Shown: positions 1-26,353 of the stretch, piece by piece
Numbering within the stretch: the stretch's first letter is position 1
How the letters are laid out: every line of letters begins with the position of its first letter
Assembly (NCBI RefSeq): GCF_009914755.1
Contig: NC_060928.1
Strand: one strand, 5' to 3'
DNA: 64,000 bases
Source of the DNA: the human T2T-CHM13v2.0 reference genome, Homo sapiens
Position numbers and translations under genes: made by a program
The notes under the pieces: generated by a model
The model's database searches: none
The model's input: only the letters and a program-made list of their open reading frames with translations
Told to the model about the DNA's origin: nothing

Positions 1-389
1 ATGTTTTTTTCTAACAATGACATCAAAGTACCTCCATTCTTAATTTTCTCCTCTTTGTCTTCACCCACCAACATTGACATCACGCTCTTGTGAACCCAAT
101 CATCTCTTCTGAAATTGTATAAAATCTGCTCTCTTACATGTCATCACACTGTCTTCATTCAAACCCGTACCTTTTACCTGTAATAAGTCATCCTTCGTGC
201 TACTCTTGGTATCAGTCTCTTCCCTTTGTAGTTTACCTCTGCTACCTTCAAAGATGTCATATATTTACAAATTGAGGTAATGTTTGCCTCAATTAGCAAA
301 ATTAAATAAAATTCAGATACTATGAAATATTTAATGAGTTTTAATAAATACATACTTAATCTAGTCATGATCTATTCAAATGAATAGAT

Positions 390-960
390 TCGTTTGGCTT
401 TTCTTTAACTTCATATAAGTGAATTCACACAGTACATACTCTTTTATGACCAGCTTTTTGCTCAGCATAATATTTCTGAAATTTATTCATGTTGTCCCAT
501 TTTAAAGTAGGTTACTCATTTTTATTACTAAGTAGTATTCCACTGTATGCATATGTCACAATATGTTTGTCTACTCTGCCATTAATGGACATTTGGATTG
601 AATACAATTTTTGGCTATTATACTACTGTAAAATAATACTAGTGTAAAATTCTTGTGCAATTTAAATATATATTTTTAAATATATATATTTAAATATATA
701 TAATAAATGTGTGTGTGTATATATATATATATACACATTTCTCTTGAGTTAATAAGTAGGAATAAAATTCCTGGGTCATAGGGTAAGTTTATTTGTTTAA
801 CACTATAAAAAAAGCTGCTGAACACTTTCCTAATGTGATGTACATTTTACACTCCCACAAGTGTTTGAGTGCACCAGTGACTCCCATATTCTTGTCAACT
901 TTTCATGTCATTAGTCCTTTTAGTTTTTGAAATCTGGTGGGTGTTTAATGGTATTTCGTT
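390..960 (-). mobile_element. Old L1M (L1MC/ME-type) 3' fragment with a (TA)n/(TG)n tract
   Basis: Degenerate L1 3'-end motifs (gtagtattccactgtatg, ggacatttggattg, tacattttacactcccac). Confidence 0.65.
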
Positions 961-1502
961 GTTGCTGTCAGAATGACAATTTAAAAATTAAACGAGTCCA
1001 TACCGTCTCTTCTTTCAACACCTCTGGTGAGTTGGTAGCTTCCTGCTGCTTTAAAAAAGAAAGTCCCTCTCCTCAACATCACAAAAGGATCTTTCACAGT
1101 GCTCCTAGAACATATCGTGTCATGGGATTATACTTCCAGTCCCATCTTTGTCTATTTTCTTACTCTTATTCTTCTGTTCTTAATGCAAGGATTAAGCATT
1201 CCTTGAATATTCGGTGCCTTCTCCTATCTCTGTGCTTTGTTGTATGCTGATTCCTCCCTATTGGAGGCCACTTGTTTTCTACTCTCTGGGAAAATAATTT
1301 TTCTTCGACCAGCTCAGATGCCCCCTTTCTCTGGAAACTTCCTCTATTTCTCTATGCAATGCTAGTAGATACTTCTTCTCCATGTTCCCAGGAAATACTG
1401 TATGTTGTTCCCATGTTTCTATTTTAGCCTTTATACTTTATTTTAATTAATTTTTCATGCCAATATCTTCACCGGATGACAGCAATGTCCCTAAAACCAA
1501 AG

Positions 1503-2051
1503 TGTCAGAGGCGTGTGAACCAGAGCAACTCCATCTTTAATAGGGGCTGGGTAAAATGAGGCTGAAACCTACTGGGCAGCATTCCCAGACGATTAGGCAT
1601 TCTGGGTCACAGGATGATGTAGGAGGTCAGCACAAAATACAGGTCATAAAGAACTTGCTGATAAAATAGATTGCAGTAAAGAAGCTGCCGAAAACCCACC
1701 AAAACCAACATGGCCAAGAAAGTGACCTCTGGTCGTCCTTGTTGCTATACTCCCACTAGGGCCCTGGCAGTTTACAAATGTCATGGCAACATCAGGAAGT
1801 TACCCTATATAGTCTAAAAAGGGGTGGCATGAATAATCCACCCATTGTTTAGCATATCATCAAGAAATAGCCATAAAAATATGCAACCAGCAGCCTTCGG
1901 GGATGCTCTGTCTATGGAGGAGACATTCTTTTATTCCTCTACTTTCTTAATAAACTTGCTTTCACTTTACTCTATGGAATCACCCTCAATTCTTGCATGA
2001 GATCCAAGAACCCTTTCTTGGGGTCTGGTTCGGGACCCCTTCCCTGTAACA
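1503..2051 (+). mobile_element. MER41A-type ERV1 solo LTR
   Basis: Starts tgtcagaggcgtgtgaaccagagcaactccatc and ends gggaccccttccctgtaaca; ~550 bp; AATAAA near 1949; near-TSD aaag/agag. Confidence 0.88.
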
Positions 2052-2769
2052 AGAGTATATGAATAATTTAACATTGTACCCTAAGCTTCAGAATAGTAAC
2101 TATCAGTCAAGACCTATTTATTAAAAGAAAGAATAACATGTTTGCCATCTTCTTTAGTCTTCAGTATGGGAAGAATGTCCCTGTGTTTCACAGAGAAGGG
2201 AGAACAAAACATTGTCTTTAAAGGAATGATTTTTGAGTTTTTGCTCTATATTTAATATCCCCCAAAATCCATTCTCCAAAAACATCCTAATTTATGATTA
2301 AATTCTATGTGTTTGCCATAAATTTCAACCGAAATTTATTAATGGAAACATGACTTTAGATATTTTAATTGAGCCACCTGAGTAAAAGAATTGGTAATCA
2401 TATATTAAATTATACCTTTAAGATCTTTGGCTTTTTCATATATTACTTATGTTCAATAAGTTATTTATGTAAGTATTGGTTTAAGGGAATTTACAATATT
2501 TAACTAACAAACTTCCTAGTGTTTCTTGAAAATTTTAACCAAGCTAATTTTTCTAATAAAATGTCATAGAAAATTAATTTATTCTTAACCTCTATAAAGG
2601 TTAATGAGTAAAGGATAAATAAAATGCACTTAAATCAATACTTTGATGGAGTGTCAAAAAACCTGATAATTCAATACGAGCTGATTCCATGGGTTGACTA
2701 AATCTCCTACCACCTTTTCCTTACCGGCGTGGCCTGCCTATCAAACTGCCAGATATTAACTTTTGATCT

Positions 2770-3230
2770 AGTGGCCTGGTCTTGACCAATGAGATATGAG
2801 AGTCTGAAGAAGACTGTCTGGAGAAGACATTCCTCCCGAAAAAAAAAAAAAAAGAGATGCATGAATACAGTTCTCATCAAACTGTCTCACCAATCTGCCC
2901 CTAAATTGGGACACTGGTGCTCTAAGAATGTGTCCTCTATGAGCCATTTTACAATTATGAACTGGAAGACAAAAAGCCAATGCACCGTGAATGTCTAGCT
3001 CACCACCCTCATCTGTGAGAACTTCTACGCACAGAAATAAGCCTCTAACTGGAGATCTATAAGACATATTTTGGCCCTGGTTCATAACTGACTATAACCC
3101 TGACTCAAGCTGGAACAGTCAGATTCTGTCCCACAGAAATTAGGAAATGGCACTGAAGAATTCCTGCCAGTCTGGGCTGAACACCACAATGAAACTACAA
3201 ATGCAGAGTTTGATGCTGAGGATGCCAATT
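2770..3230 (+). mobile_element. Ancient ERVL/MaLR LTR fragment(s) (LTR16/LTR33/MLT1-like)
   Basis: Motifs gaccaatgagatatgag and aaataagcctcta resemble these families; subfamily uncertain. Confidence 0.35.
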
Positions 3231-3569
3231 CTATAAAAGTAGGTCATCAGAAAAAAAGAACACCTTAAATAGATACACAAATCCTTACCCTGCTCTAATT
3301 TTGTCCTAGTGCTCATTTACTTCTAATATCATATACTTTATTCAACATTATGTTTATTGCTTATTGTTTGTCTCCTACAACTAGAAACTTATTTCCATGT
3401 TTGTCAGGATTTTTTTTTCCTATCCATGTGCACCAAGTGCTAAGAACAGTGCCTTAGCCCTTCTATTAAAGAGAAGGTGTTCAATAAATAATTTTCAAAA
3501 AAATGAATCACTATTAGTTTCAAGTTGGACTCATTTTAAAATAACAGATTTATGCCACAGAATATGTAA

Positions 3570-7035
<3,466 letters not shown>

Positions 7036-8129
7036 AAGTTTGGATATTCAAATTTGCTCATAATTGACAAAACAAATAAAAAATACTAAGTAAAAAAACA
7101 AAATTGCAGTGTCATTTTGATGTTAGATTGCTCGTTGTTTCCATGAGTGGAGTAAGCAGAAAGCAGTGTGTACTTACAACACATCAGAAACCAAACCAAT
7201 ACTTACCAATAGTGGCCATGTAGCTTAGAGTGTTATGTAACTTAAAAGTTAAATTTGACAGAAAATGCATAGAGACCACATTAGTGGGAAAATAAAAAGC
7301 CTTGACTTTTCCCCTAAATGCATCTGTAATTTGTGATTCAGTCACACTGAGTCTTTTTGCAACTAATCAGGATAACAACCACCCAAAAAATTTAAAAATA
7401 TATATATATTTATATATACACAAAGAAGATACCATATTTCTTGACTTAATAAGCATAATTTTAATCTTGATTAAGCATAATCCCTTAAGCTGTTTCTTTT
7501 ATACTATTTGGGCTGGAATTTTAATCTTTAATCTCTGAATACTGAAAGGAAGAATAGACATCTGAGCATGATAAATTGACTAAGGTCAAGTCTGCTAATA
7601 AATAACTGTGGGAATTTGGAAAAGTCACTAAGCATCAAAACCAAAACCATTAAGTCATATTTCACAGAAATGTATCTACTTTTTGTTGAGTTTCATTAAG
7701 AAAACTGTTTTATGTTATATTTCCTTTTAGTCCTTTCAATGTCAGAAGTAACTCTGAGGAAGCAGATGTTGTTGCCAATGCCAATTTGAAAGAGCAGACC
7801 ATAATAGCGCAAGTCAAATGCTTTACAGCTTATTTAAAGCTTTCATAGAGATGACTCTACTTTATCCAAACAACAAACCAGTGAGGAGTAGGAAAGTTAT
7901 TTTTACTAAACCATGTCATAGCTTAGAAATCTGAGGCTTATAAGGCTCAAGTAGCTTGTACAAATTTACAAAATACAGTATACTCAAGAAAATATGGTAA
8001 CTATGAAAAGAACATAACTTTCTCCCAATGCAACAGCTTAAATTAGCAGGAAGCTCAACTCCCATTGCTTCCTCTTATTGTGCTGCTCTCTCCTCTATTT
8101 TAAAGTCCACAGAGCAGGCAAAACAATTT

Positions 8130-8750
8130 TCCTAAAATATATATTTTGCTGCTTCCTTCTTTAAGACTCTGACAGATCGCCATTACAACTGGAGTACAAA
8201 CTGGGATGCCTAATTCCTTCCCACACGGCCCTCTGGTAATGTGCCTGCCAACTTTCCCTCCCACCCCGTTGTCTCTTCTCTCTCTTTTTCATTAGCTACA
8301 CACTAACTTCCCTGCTTCCAATATGTGATGCTCCTAACAGTCTCAATGCCTTTCCACTTTTTTTTTAGGATCCTCTTCCATCAGATCTTTTCATGACTGT
8401 CTTCATTACAACATAAATTTTGTAGCTTAACTATGACTTCAACATAGGATCTTCCATGACCTCTGGTCCAAGCAGTTCTGCCCCATGGCTAAGTGCCAAC
8501 TATGACTTCAATATAGGATCTTCCATGACCTCTGGTCCAAGCAGGTCTGCCCCGTGGCTAAATGCCATATTACCTTGTTGGGTTTCTTTAAGGAATCTAC
8601 ATACCTAAGATTATTTTATTTACTTTGTGTATATTCATATTATACCCCCATTTACCTCAAATGGAAAATCAGTAACAGATAGCAGAGATTTTCTTTTGTT
8701 CTCTGCTATATTTTTACAATTTACAATGCAGAGTAAGTGGTCAATAAGTA
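8130..8750 (+). mobile_element. L2 3' fragment
   Basis: L2-like motifs ending gagtaagtggtcaataagtat. Confidence 0.55.
8429..8566. repeat. Tandem duplication, 2 x 69 bp
   Basis: aactatgacttcaa(c/t)ataggatcttccatgacctctggtccaagcag.. at 8429-8497 and 8498-8566, 4 mismatches. Confidence 0.95.
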
Positions 8751-9511
8751 TGAGTTACTGATGAAAACAGAAATGAAACCAACCTCCCTTAATCTTATTC
8801 CACCACCTAGATATGAGTCTATATCTTTCATTTTATTGTCTCTACTCTCTCACTCCCTATTCACCACTCTATTCAAAACAATCTGGCTTTTGCCCATACC
8901 ACAGTGCTGCAACTATTTCTCAAGGTCCAAATAACATTGTGTCTTCCTCCTGACATCTCTGTGGCAGTTTTCACAGTTTACTACACTTTTCTTTACGACT
9001 CTATCCTCCTTTGGATTTTTATAATACATGTGAAAAGTTTCCATATCTTAACACATGCCATTTCATCTTCCTAGACAGTTTCATGACACCTGCATACTTT
9101 CAAACCTCAATTCTTCTTTAAAATGCCTCCGAAGGCCCCAATTTCTCTGGGCAATTTTTGTTATTATTTTTTTGTTCTCCTATTGCTCATTATCCATAAA
9201 AGAATGATTTTTCTTATTAATTGTCTTCCTGTCTCATTACTCTCTGGAATCTAAACTTCTTGAAGGCAGGGACATTCTTTATTATTTGTATGTGTTTGAT
9301 GATTAGTGTTTGGTTATTAATTGAGGTGCTAAATATGCATCTCTTCAATAAATAAAAACATGAAGATGCCATATGAAAGAATGGGAATCTTCAAACAGTT
9401 TCTTAAAAACATTTACAAACACCCAGTTAAAGATATAGGTTACTTGGGAACTCCATTTAATATGGGATGCCAGCCTGCAGTGTACAGTATGAAAGGCCAA
9501 AATATCTAAAG

Positions 9512-9960
9512 GATGAGGTACAGCATAATCAGAAAATCTTAATGCAGACAGCTCACCAAGTCAGCCTCGTGTGAACCTTTCTCCTTTGTATAAATAGATG
9601 CAATATTACTAAGAAAAATACTCTTAGAATTATCTTCTGATGACATTAGAAATGTTACATGATAATTAAATCAAAAAGACAATCCTCAATGGGGCATCTA
9701 ATTAGTAAAATTCATTAAAACATAGCTGTAAAATTAGGGGTACAATTTCTTGACTCTTATGTTAATACCAAGAGCTTCTTAATTAATTAAAACAGAGATC
9801 GCTTCTGGTCAACTTTAGTTTACAAAAGGATGCTTCCCATGATGTCATTTGACATTCTGTGGAAAATAACAAATGGACCACTGCGGTTAATTTTGAAATT
9901 CATGTTTCTTGTAGTGGATTAACATAAGATTCAATCATAAGATTGAAAATTACTGATGGT
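9512..9960 (+). pseudogene. ZPAX copy A: two adjacent exon relics (~9512-9705 and ~9796-9960)
   Basis: DEVQHNQKILMQTA ~ DGVDYTNKTITWTV; LLELSSDDI ~ LHKLSAKEM; ILNGAS ~ IPIGAE; FDILW/NNKW ~ LEHQWEDNKW (remembered ZPAX). Confidence 0.5.
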
Positions 9961-10805
9961 TTAACAGAAGTGTGGTAAAATGGGTTGTTTTATATACAAC
10001 TAGTAAGAAATAAAGTAATACAATCTTTGGGAAAATATTGGGTTTTATTATTACAAATTTTACATTATAATTACCCTTTGTGTCAATAATTTCATTTGTG
10101 GAATCTAACAAAAGTAAATAAAGAGGCAACAAAAATAAAATATGACACTCAAAAGTATTTATTACAGTACCATTTATAGCTGCAACAAAATGAAATCAAC
10201 TTATATAGTCAACACAATAAGTAATTTTTGTGTTTTATGTAAAGTACAGGGACATTTTCTCACTGTATGATAATAACAAACAATGGAAACATGATTTTAT
10301 CATATAACTAACCAAAAGGATATTATATACCAATGGGATATTATACAGCAATTAAACATGTTGCCAAAGATCTTAAAAGAACATGAGGCATTTTATGTGG
10401 AGAAATGAAATAAATACATAAAAAACAACAGCAACAACATAAAATTGTTAATAGTGTGATCAAAAATTGATCAAAATTAAAATGAAGATAAAACTAATAA
10501 AACAAAAAAGATAATATTGTGTAAGCATGATGATAATAATATAATAATATTTGTTTTTTGTTTTTTTTTGTTTGTTTTTCTTTTTCTCTCTTTTTTTTTT
10601 ATTATACTTTAAGTTTTAGGGTACATGTGCACATTGTGCAGGTTAGTTACATATGTATACATGTGCCATGCTGGTGCGCTGCACCCACTAACTCGTCATC
10701 TAGCATTAGGTATATCTCCCAATGCTATCCCTCCCCCCTCCCCCCACCCCACCACAGTCCCCAGAGTGTGATATTCCCCTTCCTGTGTCCATGTGATCTC
10801 ATTGT

Positions 10806-14643
<3,838 letters not shown>

Positions 14644-14691
14644 TTATTTTGCTCATTAGTTGATGCAGTTTATTCCTAGTGTCTATGGTCT

Positions 14692-15708
14692 TTACATTTT
14701 GGCATGATTTTGCAGTGGCTGGTACCGGTTGTTCCTTTCCATGTTTAGTGCTTCCTTCAGGAGCTCTTGTAAGGCAGGCCTGGTGGTGACAGTATCGCTC
14801 AGTATTTGCTTGTCTGTAAAGTATTTTATTCCTCCTTCACTTATGAAGCTTAGTTTGGCTGGATATGAAATTCTGGGTTGAAAATTCTTTTCTTTAAGAA
14901 TGTTGAATATTGGCCCCCACTCTCTTCTGGCTTGTAGGGTTTCTGCCGAGAGATCCACTGTTAGTCTGATGGGCTTCCCTTTGAGGGTAACCCGACCTTT
15001 CTCTCTGGCTGCCCTTAACATTTTTTCCTTCATTTCAACTTTGGTGAATCTGACAATTACGTGTCTTGGAGTTGCTCTTCTCGAGGAGTATCTTTGTGGC
15101 GTTCTCTGTATTTCCTGAATCTGAACGTTGACCTGCCTTGCTAGATTGGGGAAGTTCTCCTGGATAATATCCTGCAGAGTGTTTTCCAACTTGGTTCCAT
15201 TCTCCCCATCACTTTCAGGTACACCAATCAGACGTAGATTTGGTCTTTTCACATAGTCCCATATTTCTTGGAGGCTTTGCTCATTTCTTTTTATTCTTTT
15301 TTCTCTAGACTTCCCTTCTCGCTTCATTTCATTCATTTCATCTTCCATCGCTGATACCCTTTCTTCCAGTTGATCGCATCGGCTCCTGAGGCTTCTGCAT
15401 TCTTCACGTAGTTCTTGAGCCTTGGTTTTCAGCTCCATCAGCTCCTTTAAGCACTTCTCTGTATTGGTTATTCTAGTTATACATTCTTCTAAATTTTTTT
15501 CGAAGTTTTCAACTTCTTTGCCTTTGGTTTGAATGTCCTCCCGTAGCTCAGAGTAATTTGATCGTCTGAAGCCTTCTTCTCTCAGCTCGTCAAAGTCATT
15601 CTCCATCCAGCTTTGTTCCGTTGCTGGTGAGGAACTGCATTCCTTTGGAGGAGGAGAGGCGCTCTGCTTTTTAGAGTTTCCAGTTTTTCTGCTCTGTTTT
15701 TTCCCCAT
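14692..15708 (-). CDS. L1 ORF1p, full-length 338 aa open frame
   Basis: MGKKQSRKTGNSK..REWGPIFNILKEKNFQPRISYPAKLSF..NHAKM uninterrupted. Confidence 0.93.
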   Translation of the reverse strand: MGKKQSRKTGNSKKQSASPPPKECSSSPATEQSWMENDFDELREEGFRRSNYSELREDIQTKGKEVENFEKNLEECITRITNTEKCLKELMELKTKAQELREECRSLRSRCDQLEERVSAMEDEMNEMKREGKSREKRIKRNEQSLQEIWDYVKRPNLRLIGVPESDGENGTKLENTLQDIIQENFPNLARQVNVQIQEIQRTPQRYSSRRATPRHVIVRFTKVEMKEKMLRAAREKGRVTLKGKPIRLTVDLSAETLQARREWGPIFNILKEKNFQPRISYPAKLSFISEGGIKYFTDKQILSDTVTTRPALQELLKEALNMERNNRYQPLQNHAKM

Positions 15709-17239
15709 CTTTGTGGTTTTATCTACTTTTGGTCTTCGATGATGGTGATGTACAGATGGGTTTTTGGTGTGGATGTCCTTTCTGTTTGTTAGTTTTCCTT
15801 CTAACAGAGAGGACCCTCAGCTGCAGGTCTGTTGGAGTACCCGGCCGTGTGAGGTGTCAGTCTGCCCCTGCTAGGGGGTGCCTCCCAGTTAGGCTGCTCG
15901 GGGGTCAGGGGTCAGGGACCCACTTGAGGAGGCAGTCTGCCTGTTCTCAGATCTCCAGCTTCGTGCTGGGAGAACCACTGCTCTCTTCGAAGCTGTCAGA
16001 CAGGGACATTTAAGTCTGCAGAGGTTACTGCTGTCTTTTTGTTTGTCTGTGCCCTGCCCCCAGAGGTGGAGCCTACAGAGGCAGGCAGGCCTCCTTGAGC
16101 TGTGGTGGGCTCCACCCAGTTTGAGCTTCAGGGCTGCTTTGTTTACCTAAGCAAGCCTGGGCAATGGGGGCGCCCCTCCCCCAGCCTCGCTGCCACCTTG
16201 CAGTTTGATCTCAGACTGCTGTGCTAGCAATCCGCGAGACTCCGTGGGCGTAGGACCCTCTGAGCCAGGTGTGGGATATAATCTCGTGGTGCATCGTTTT
16301 TTAAGCCTGTCGGAATAGCGCAGTATTCGGGTGGGAGTGACCTGATTTTCCAGGTGCCGTCCGTCACCCCTTTCTTTGACTCAGAAAGGGAACTCCCTGA
16401 CCCCTTGCGCTTCCCAAGTGAGGCAATGCCTCGCCCTGCTTCAGCTCGCGCAAGGTGCGCGCACCCACTGACCTGAGCCCACTGTCTGGCACTCCCTAGT
16501 GAGATGAACCCTGTACCTCAGACGGAAATGCAGAAATCACCTGTCTTCTGCGTCGCTCACGCTGGGAGCTGTAGACCAGAGCTGTTCCTATTCGGCCATC
16601 TTGGCTCCTCCCTCCTAGTATTTGTTATTATTTTCTAGGGTTTAATATTTTTATAATGCATATTATGAGTGAAAGGGAAAATTAGCCACATATTTTAATT
16701 TAAAGAAAGATGATGAGTCATTTAGTTTTATAAAAGGTGTTGGAAGAGAAAGCATTCAGCTGGTGATTACATTTATTGGCATAAAAATCTAGCCTGACTC
16801 AACCCATCACTAAATTCTGGGTGAATCATTAAGTAAAAAACAAACACAGGAAACAGAAACACAGCATTTTCCTACTAGTATGTCTAAAAAATATTCTTGG
16901 AAATATTGCAGATAACTGATGTGAAAAAATTACTAGGCAATTATATTGTATAAAAAATAAAGTAGAGAAGGATAAAGTCAAAGACAGTTTGTAGGAAGAA
17001 TTAGTAAAGGAAAAACTGAAAGAAGGAGGAAGGAAGAAAAGGAAGAAAAAGAGAAAATGATACCTCAGACTCACATTTTGATATATTACAGAAAGACTAT
17101 GCGGTCATACACATTGTCTTTTCTCAGTGTGATTTGTCATTCCTGGTGTATGTGCATTACTCAGAATTTCAGGTCTGAGTCAATAGAGTATATCTTGAAA
17201 AACAATAGGTGTTTTTGAATGAAACAAATTAAATTTGTT

Positions 17240-17520
17240 TTTGAATGAAAAAGAGATTTTTCATGGCTCTAGCATTTAAACACTTCTCCAGTCATATCTA
17301 TTTTCTTTTTTTACCATCTCTCCTTAAAGGATATTATCATATTTTTTCAAAACCCACGACAGTTTTGACCGTGATGTAGACATATACCATGACAATATTA
17401 AGAAAATATGTTGACAGAGAACTTGGACTTTCTTTTTTAGGGGTGCAGTTTTCTTTAAAACATCCATGTGATTAGAGTCCATTGTATTTTAATACAAGCA
17501 AATTGTGATAAACATAGTTT
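17240..17520 (+). pseudogene. ZPAX copy A exon relic
   Basis: EKEIF/ALAFKHF ~ EERIFNIAFGHF; ILRKYVDRELGLSFLGVQFSL ~ VLKEYVNRNETKYTLLVNYTL (remembered ZPAX). Confidence 0.6.
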
Positions 17521-18435
17521 TTTTTCAAGTATCTATAGCTTTAAAATTTAAGATATTTCTAAAGCTTCAGACTAATGGTCAACTACACAGAAAACATATT
17601 TTCTGGTAGTTCTTACATTGTGGGAAATCACTGGGATTTCAACTAGAAAACTTAAATTCCAATTCAAAGCTTGTGACTAAAACCAGCTGTGAGCTTTTGA
17701 CATATGGTTTGGCTTCTGTGAACAAGAAGCTAATGAAATATTGTTGAAATTGAATGATTAAACCCAATGTAAAAATGAGTGCCCAATGTAATCATTAATA
17801 GTAACATTTTCTTAAATTACACAGGCCATTTTAAAAATCAATATAATAAAAATTCATACATAGAATCACAACCAACATATGATTATATGTGGCATAAATA
17901 TAAATTCTAAAAGGCAAATCTTAGTATAATGAGAAGAAATTCTAAAATCCCCACCCTGATGGCTTAGAACGGTGACTGTCATTTCTCTAGCGTTGGTTCA
18001 ACAGTATTTATTTTCAAAAGTCACATAACTTTGCTGGAATGTTAACTTAGGTCCTGCAAATTTCTTAAATATATTTTAATATAAATGATTATTATATATT
18101 GCTTTGTAAAATTTCACATAGGGTTATTGCAATCTTAGGACATATCATCATGTAACTTGACATTTAAGAACTCCATGAATAAGTAGTTTGTCTTCCTCTA
18201 CTAACTGTTCTGATTCTTAATTACTTGAAGGATGAGCAAACGATTGCTTATTATATGAGGCATAACTATTATTAAAGATCATTATTAGAACCATAGATAT
18301 TAGAAATAGAAAGGACTTAAAAGTTAATAAAGTTTTTCTCATTTTGCAATGAAAAAAATGAGAACCTCAGGGGTTAATAGATAGACGCATAGTTGTACAA
18401 CTAATGAAATGGCAGAGCCAGAAGTATATCTAACT

Positions 18436-24319
<5,884 letters not shown>

Positions 24320-25097
24320 TCTAACTACTAAGGATTCTTTTTACTTCTCCTAGAACTTTTTAACTACTCTAAGCTCTTCTCTAGATATTATAGGTAGCTT
24401 CCTTGGAAACATGATTATATTTATTATTCATAATTCTTTCATTGATTGGCTTAACTTTCATTTAAATCATTCATTTGAAACAATTGAAATCTAATGAAAT
24501 CATCCTAAATTAAAATGGTAATACCACATCAATAAATTTGTCATTTATTGTTCATCTTGGAATACTCTTAGCCTCTTCACATAAAACGTGTTAAAATTAA
24601 AATTGTAAGAGTTATTATCTATTTTTCATTTTTATTTATGATTATTAATAAGAGGAATAGATTATCTTATGACTTAGCATAATGTTGGCTTTATACTCAT
24701 GTGAAACACTTAGTTTATTACTACTCCTACTACCTCATATTTCTAGTCCTAATGTTGTCATAACGGTAAAAACTCTATCTGGTTCATCCTCAAATATCAT
24801 TACCATCTCTGAAACACTCCAGATAACATTTGCACCATATAAAGAGAACAATACAATTTCATTTTAAAGTAAAATATATTATGCATTCCTGCTAAAATGT
24901 TTAAATCATGTAAAATTCATGGAATGTTAAATGTTTACTAGCTGACCAAACAAACATTGCAAATGGAAAACTCATTAATATATTTCTAAGTATAAGCAGA
25001 AAAAAATGTCATTTCCATACATTCTAAAACTTTTATTCTCAATGGAAATATTTTCTCATTCTCAAGAGAAAATTATTTTTGTAGTACAATTTTAAAG

Positions 25098-25302
25098 GGA
25101 GTTCAATTATTTAACCTTTGTGCTGCAATTGTTAGTGAATTGAGATTTTTTTTTATGGACACAGTAACATGTGAGGAATATTCTAAATTTATCATTAAAA
25201 ATAGTATTTTGTATATATCAATAGAACTACTGTTATGAAAAAAAAAACCACTTAAAAAAAGTCACACACTGAAATCTTACCATTTTTCCTGGTGTATTTA
25301 GT
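25098..25302 (+). pseudogene. ZPAX copy A exon relic
   Basis: YGHSNM*GIF..YINRTTVM..VTH*NLTIFPGV resembles FGLHQYWNLY..LLNRHTAL..STHLILQIPLFAVGV (remembered), with frameshifts. Confidence 0.45.
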
Positions 25303-25596
25303 AAAAGAGTGCCCCCTTGTGATTTCTGAATACTTATACAACAGTGAGGTCTACTAATCCTGGGGAAAAATTTTTAATTAAGAAAAAAAGGCTCCTCTCA
25401 TCCTTAAAATACAACCAACACTTTATTTTTGCACATGAAACTATTTTAAGTTTAAATTTATTTTACTGGAAGTAGAAAAAATTTATTTCATGGAGATTTA
25501 TCAGAAAGCAGTTTTAAGAAAACCACTAAACATTCTAGGACGCCAGCTCACAGAATGCATATACTGCTGCTGTTTTCCATTTTTATGCCCACGTAG

Positions 25597-25928
25597 GTGG
25601 CTCTCTAGAGACAGAACACTGTTTCCAGAGAATAAAGCTGCTGAGCTTACATTGATTGGAATTTTCCTGACAGTGCAGCATAATTCTGACATGTTTTGTG
25701 CTTATTCTTCATTATGAACCTAGGACACAATACATAGGGCCATATGTTCCTCTGAGTCCTCAATGGAACTCCCAGGGATACCAGCAGGCAGTTGTGTAGA
25801 TCCAAGAAACAGCAAAGCTCATATTGAGACTGGGAGTGTCATGACTTTGGGAGCTTTGGCTCATGCATATCTGAAACACTGGAGAACATTCGATATACCA
25901 TTAACTGAATGTGGTACCAATGAGAAAT
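25597..25928 (+). pseudogene. ZPAX copy A exon relic encoding the start of the ZP-module ZP-N domain
   Basis: Strong acceptor ttttccatttttatgcccacgtag|G; FQRIK, LTVQHNSDMFCAYSS, AICSS, KLILR/WEC and the ZP-family hallmark FDIPLTECGT at 25889-25918. Confidence 0.7.
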
Positions 25929-26353
25929 TATGAAATTAAGTTAATGGAAGACTGGGGATTTAATATAAAATTACTAGGCTAATTTTACCACTGTTTACAC
26001 TCAGTCAATAATTTATTAGCAATGTAGCTAATTAAGGTTGCAGAGTATCATACTTCTCTGGAAGGACAAAAAATATTTATATGTAATAGAATAGTTTAGT
26101 TTGAAATAACTTTTGACTCTCCATTTCTAACCATGAAAAAAATATCTCTCAATTTAGTTAGCCAAAAAATAATATTGAAGGACAAAATAATGGTTTGGTA
26201 GAATAAAAGGGTGATTGATAGATCGGGGAGGCAAAAAAGAATATTAGCTTTTCCAGTTAAAGCCAATTTGTCAAAAGTAGACCAACTTTTTTAGGCTACT
26301 TGTAATAAAAGTTGAAAATATAAACAACTATATGAATGTTAGATATTTTTCAG

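Noticed and set aside
1503-2051. MER41 as an interferon-gamma/STAT1 enhancer
   Set aside because: This is the MER41A form; I found no TTCCGGGAA-type GAS motifs as carried by MER41B.
7207-7363. Minus-strand 52-codon open segment with a TTG|gtaagt donor
   Set aside because: Weak acceptor, no recognisable homologue and no convincing partner exons; likely chance.
24682-24867. ORF MLALYSCETLSLLLLLLP.. as a ZPAX exon or signal peptide
   Set aside because: Only vague similarity; 25098-25302 fits the expected exon better.
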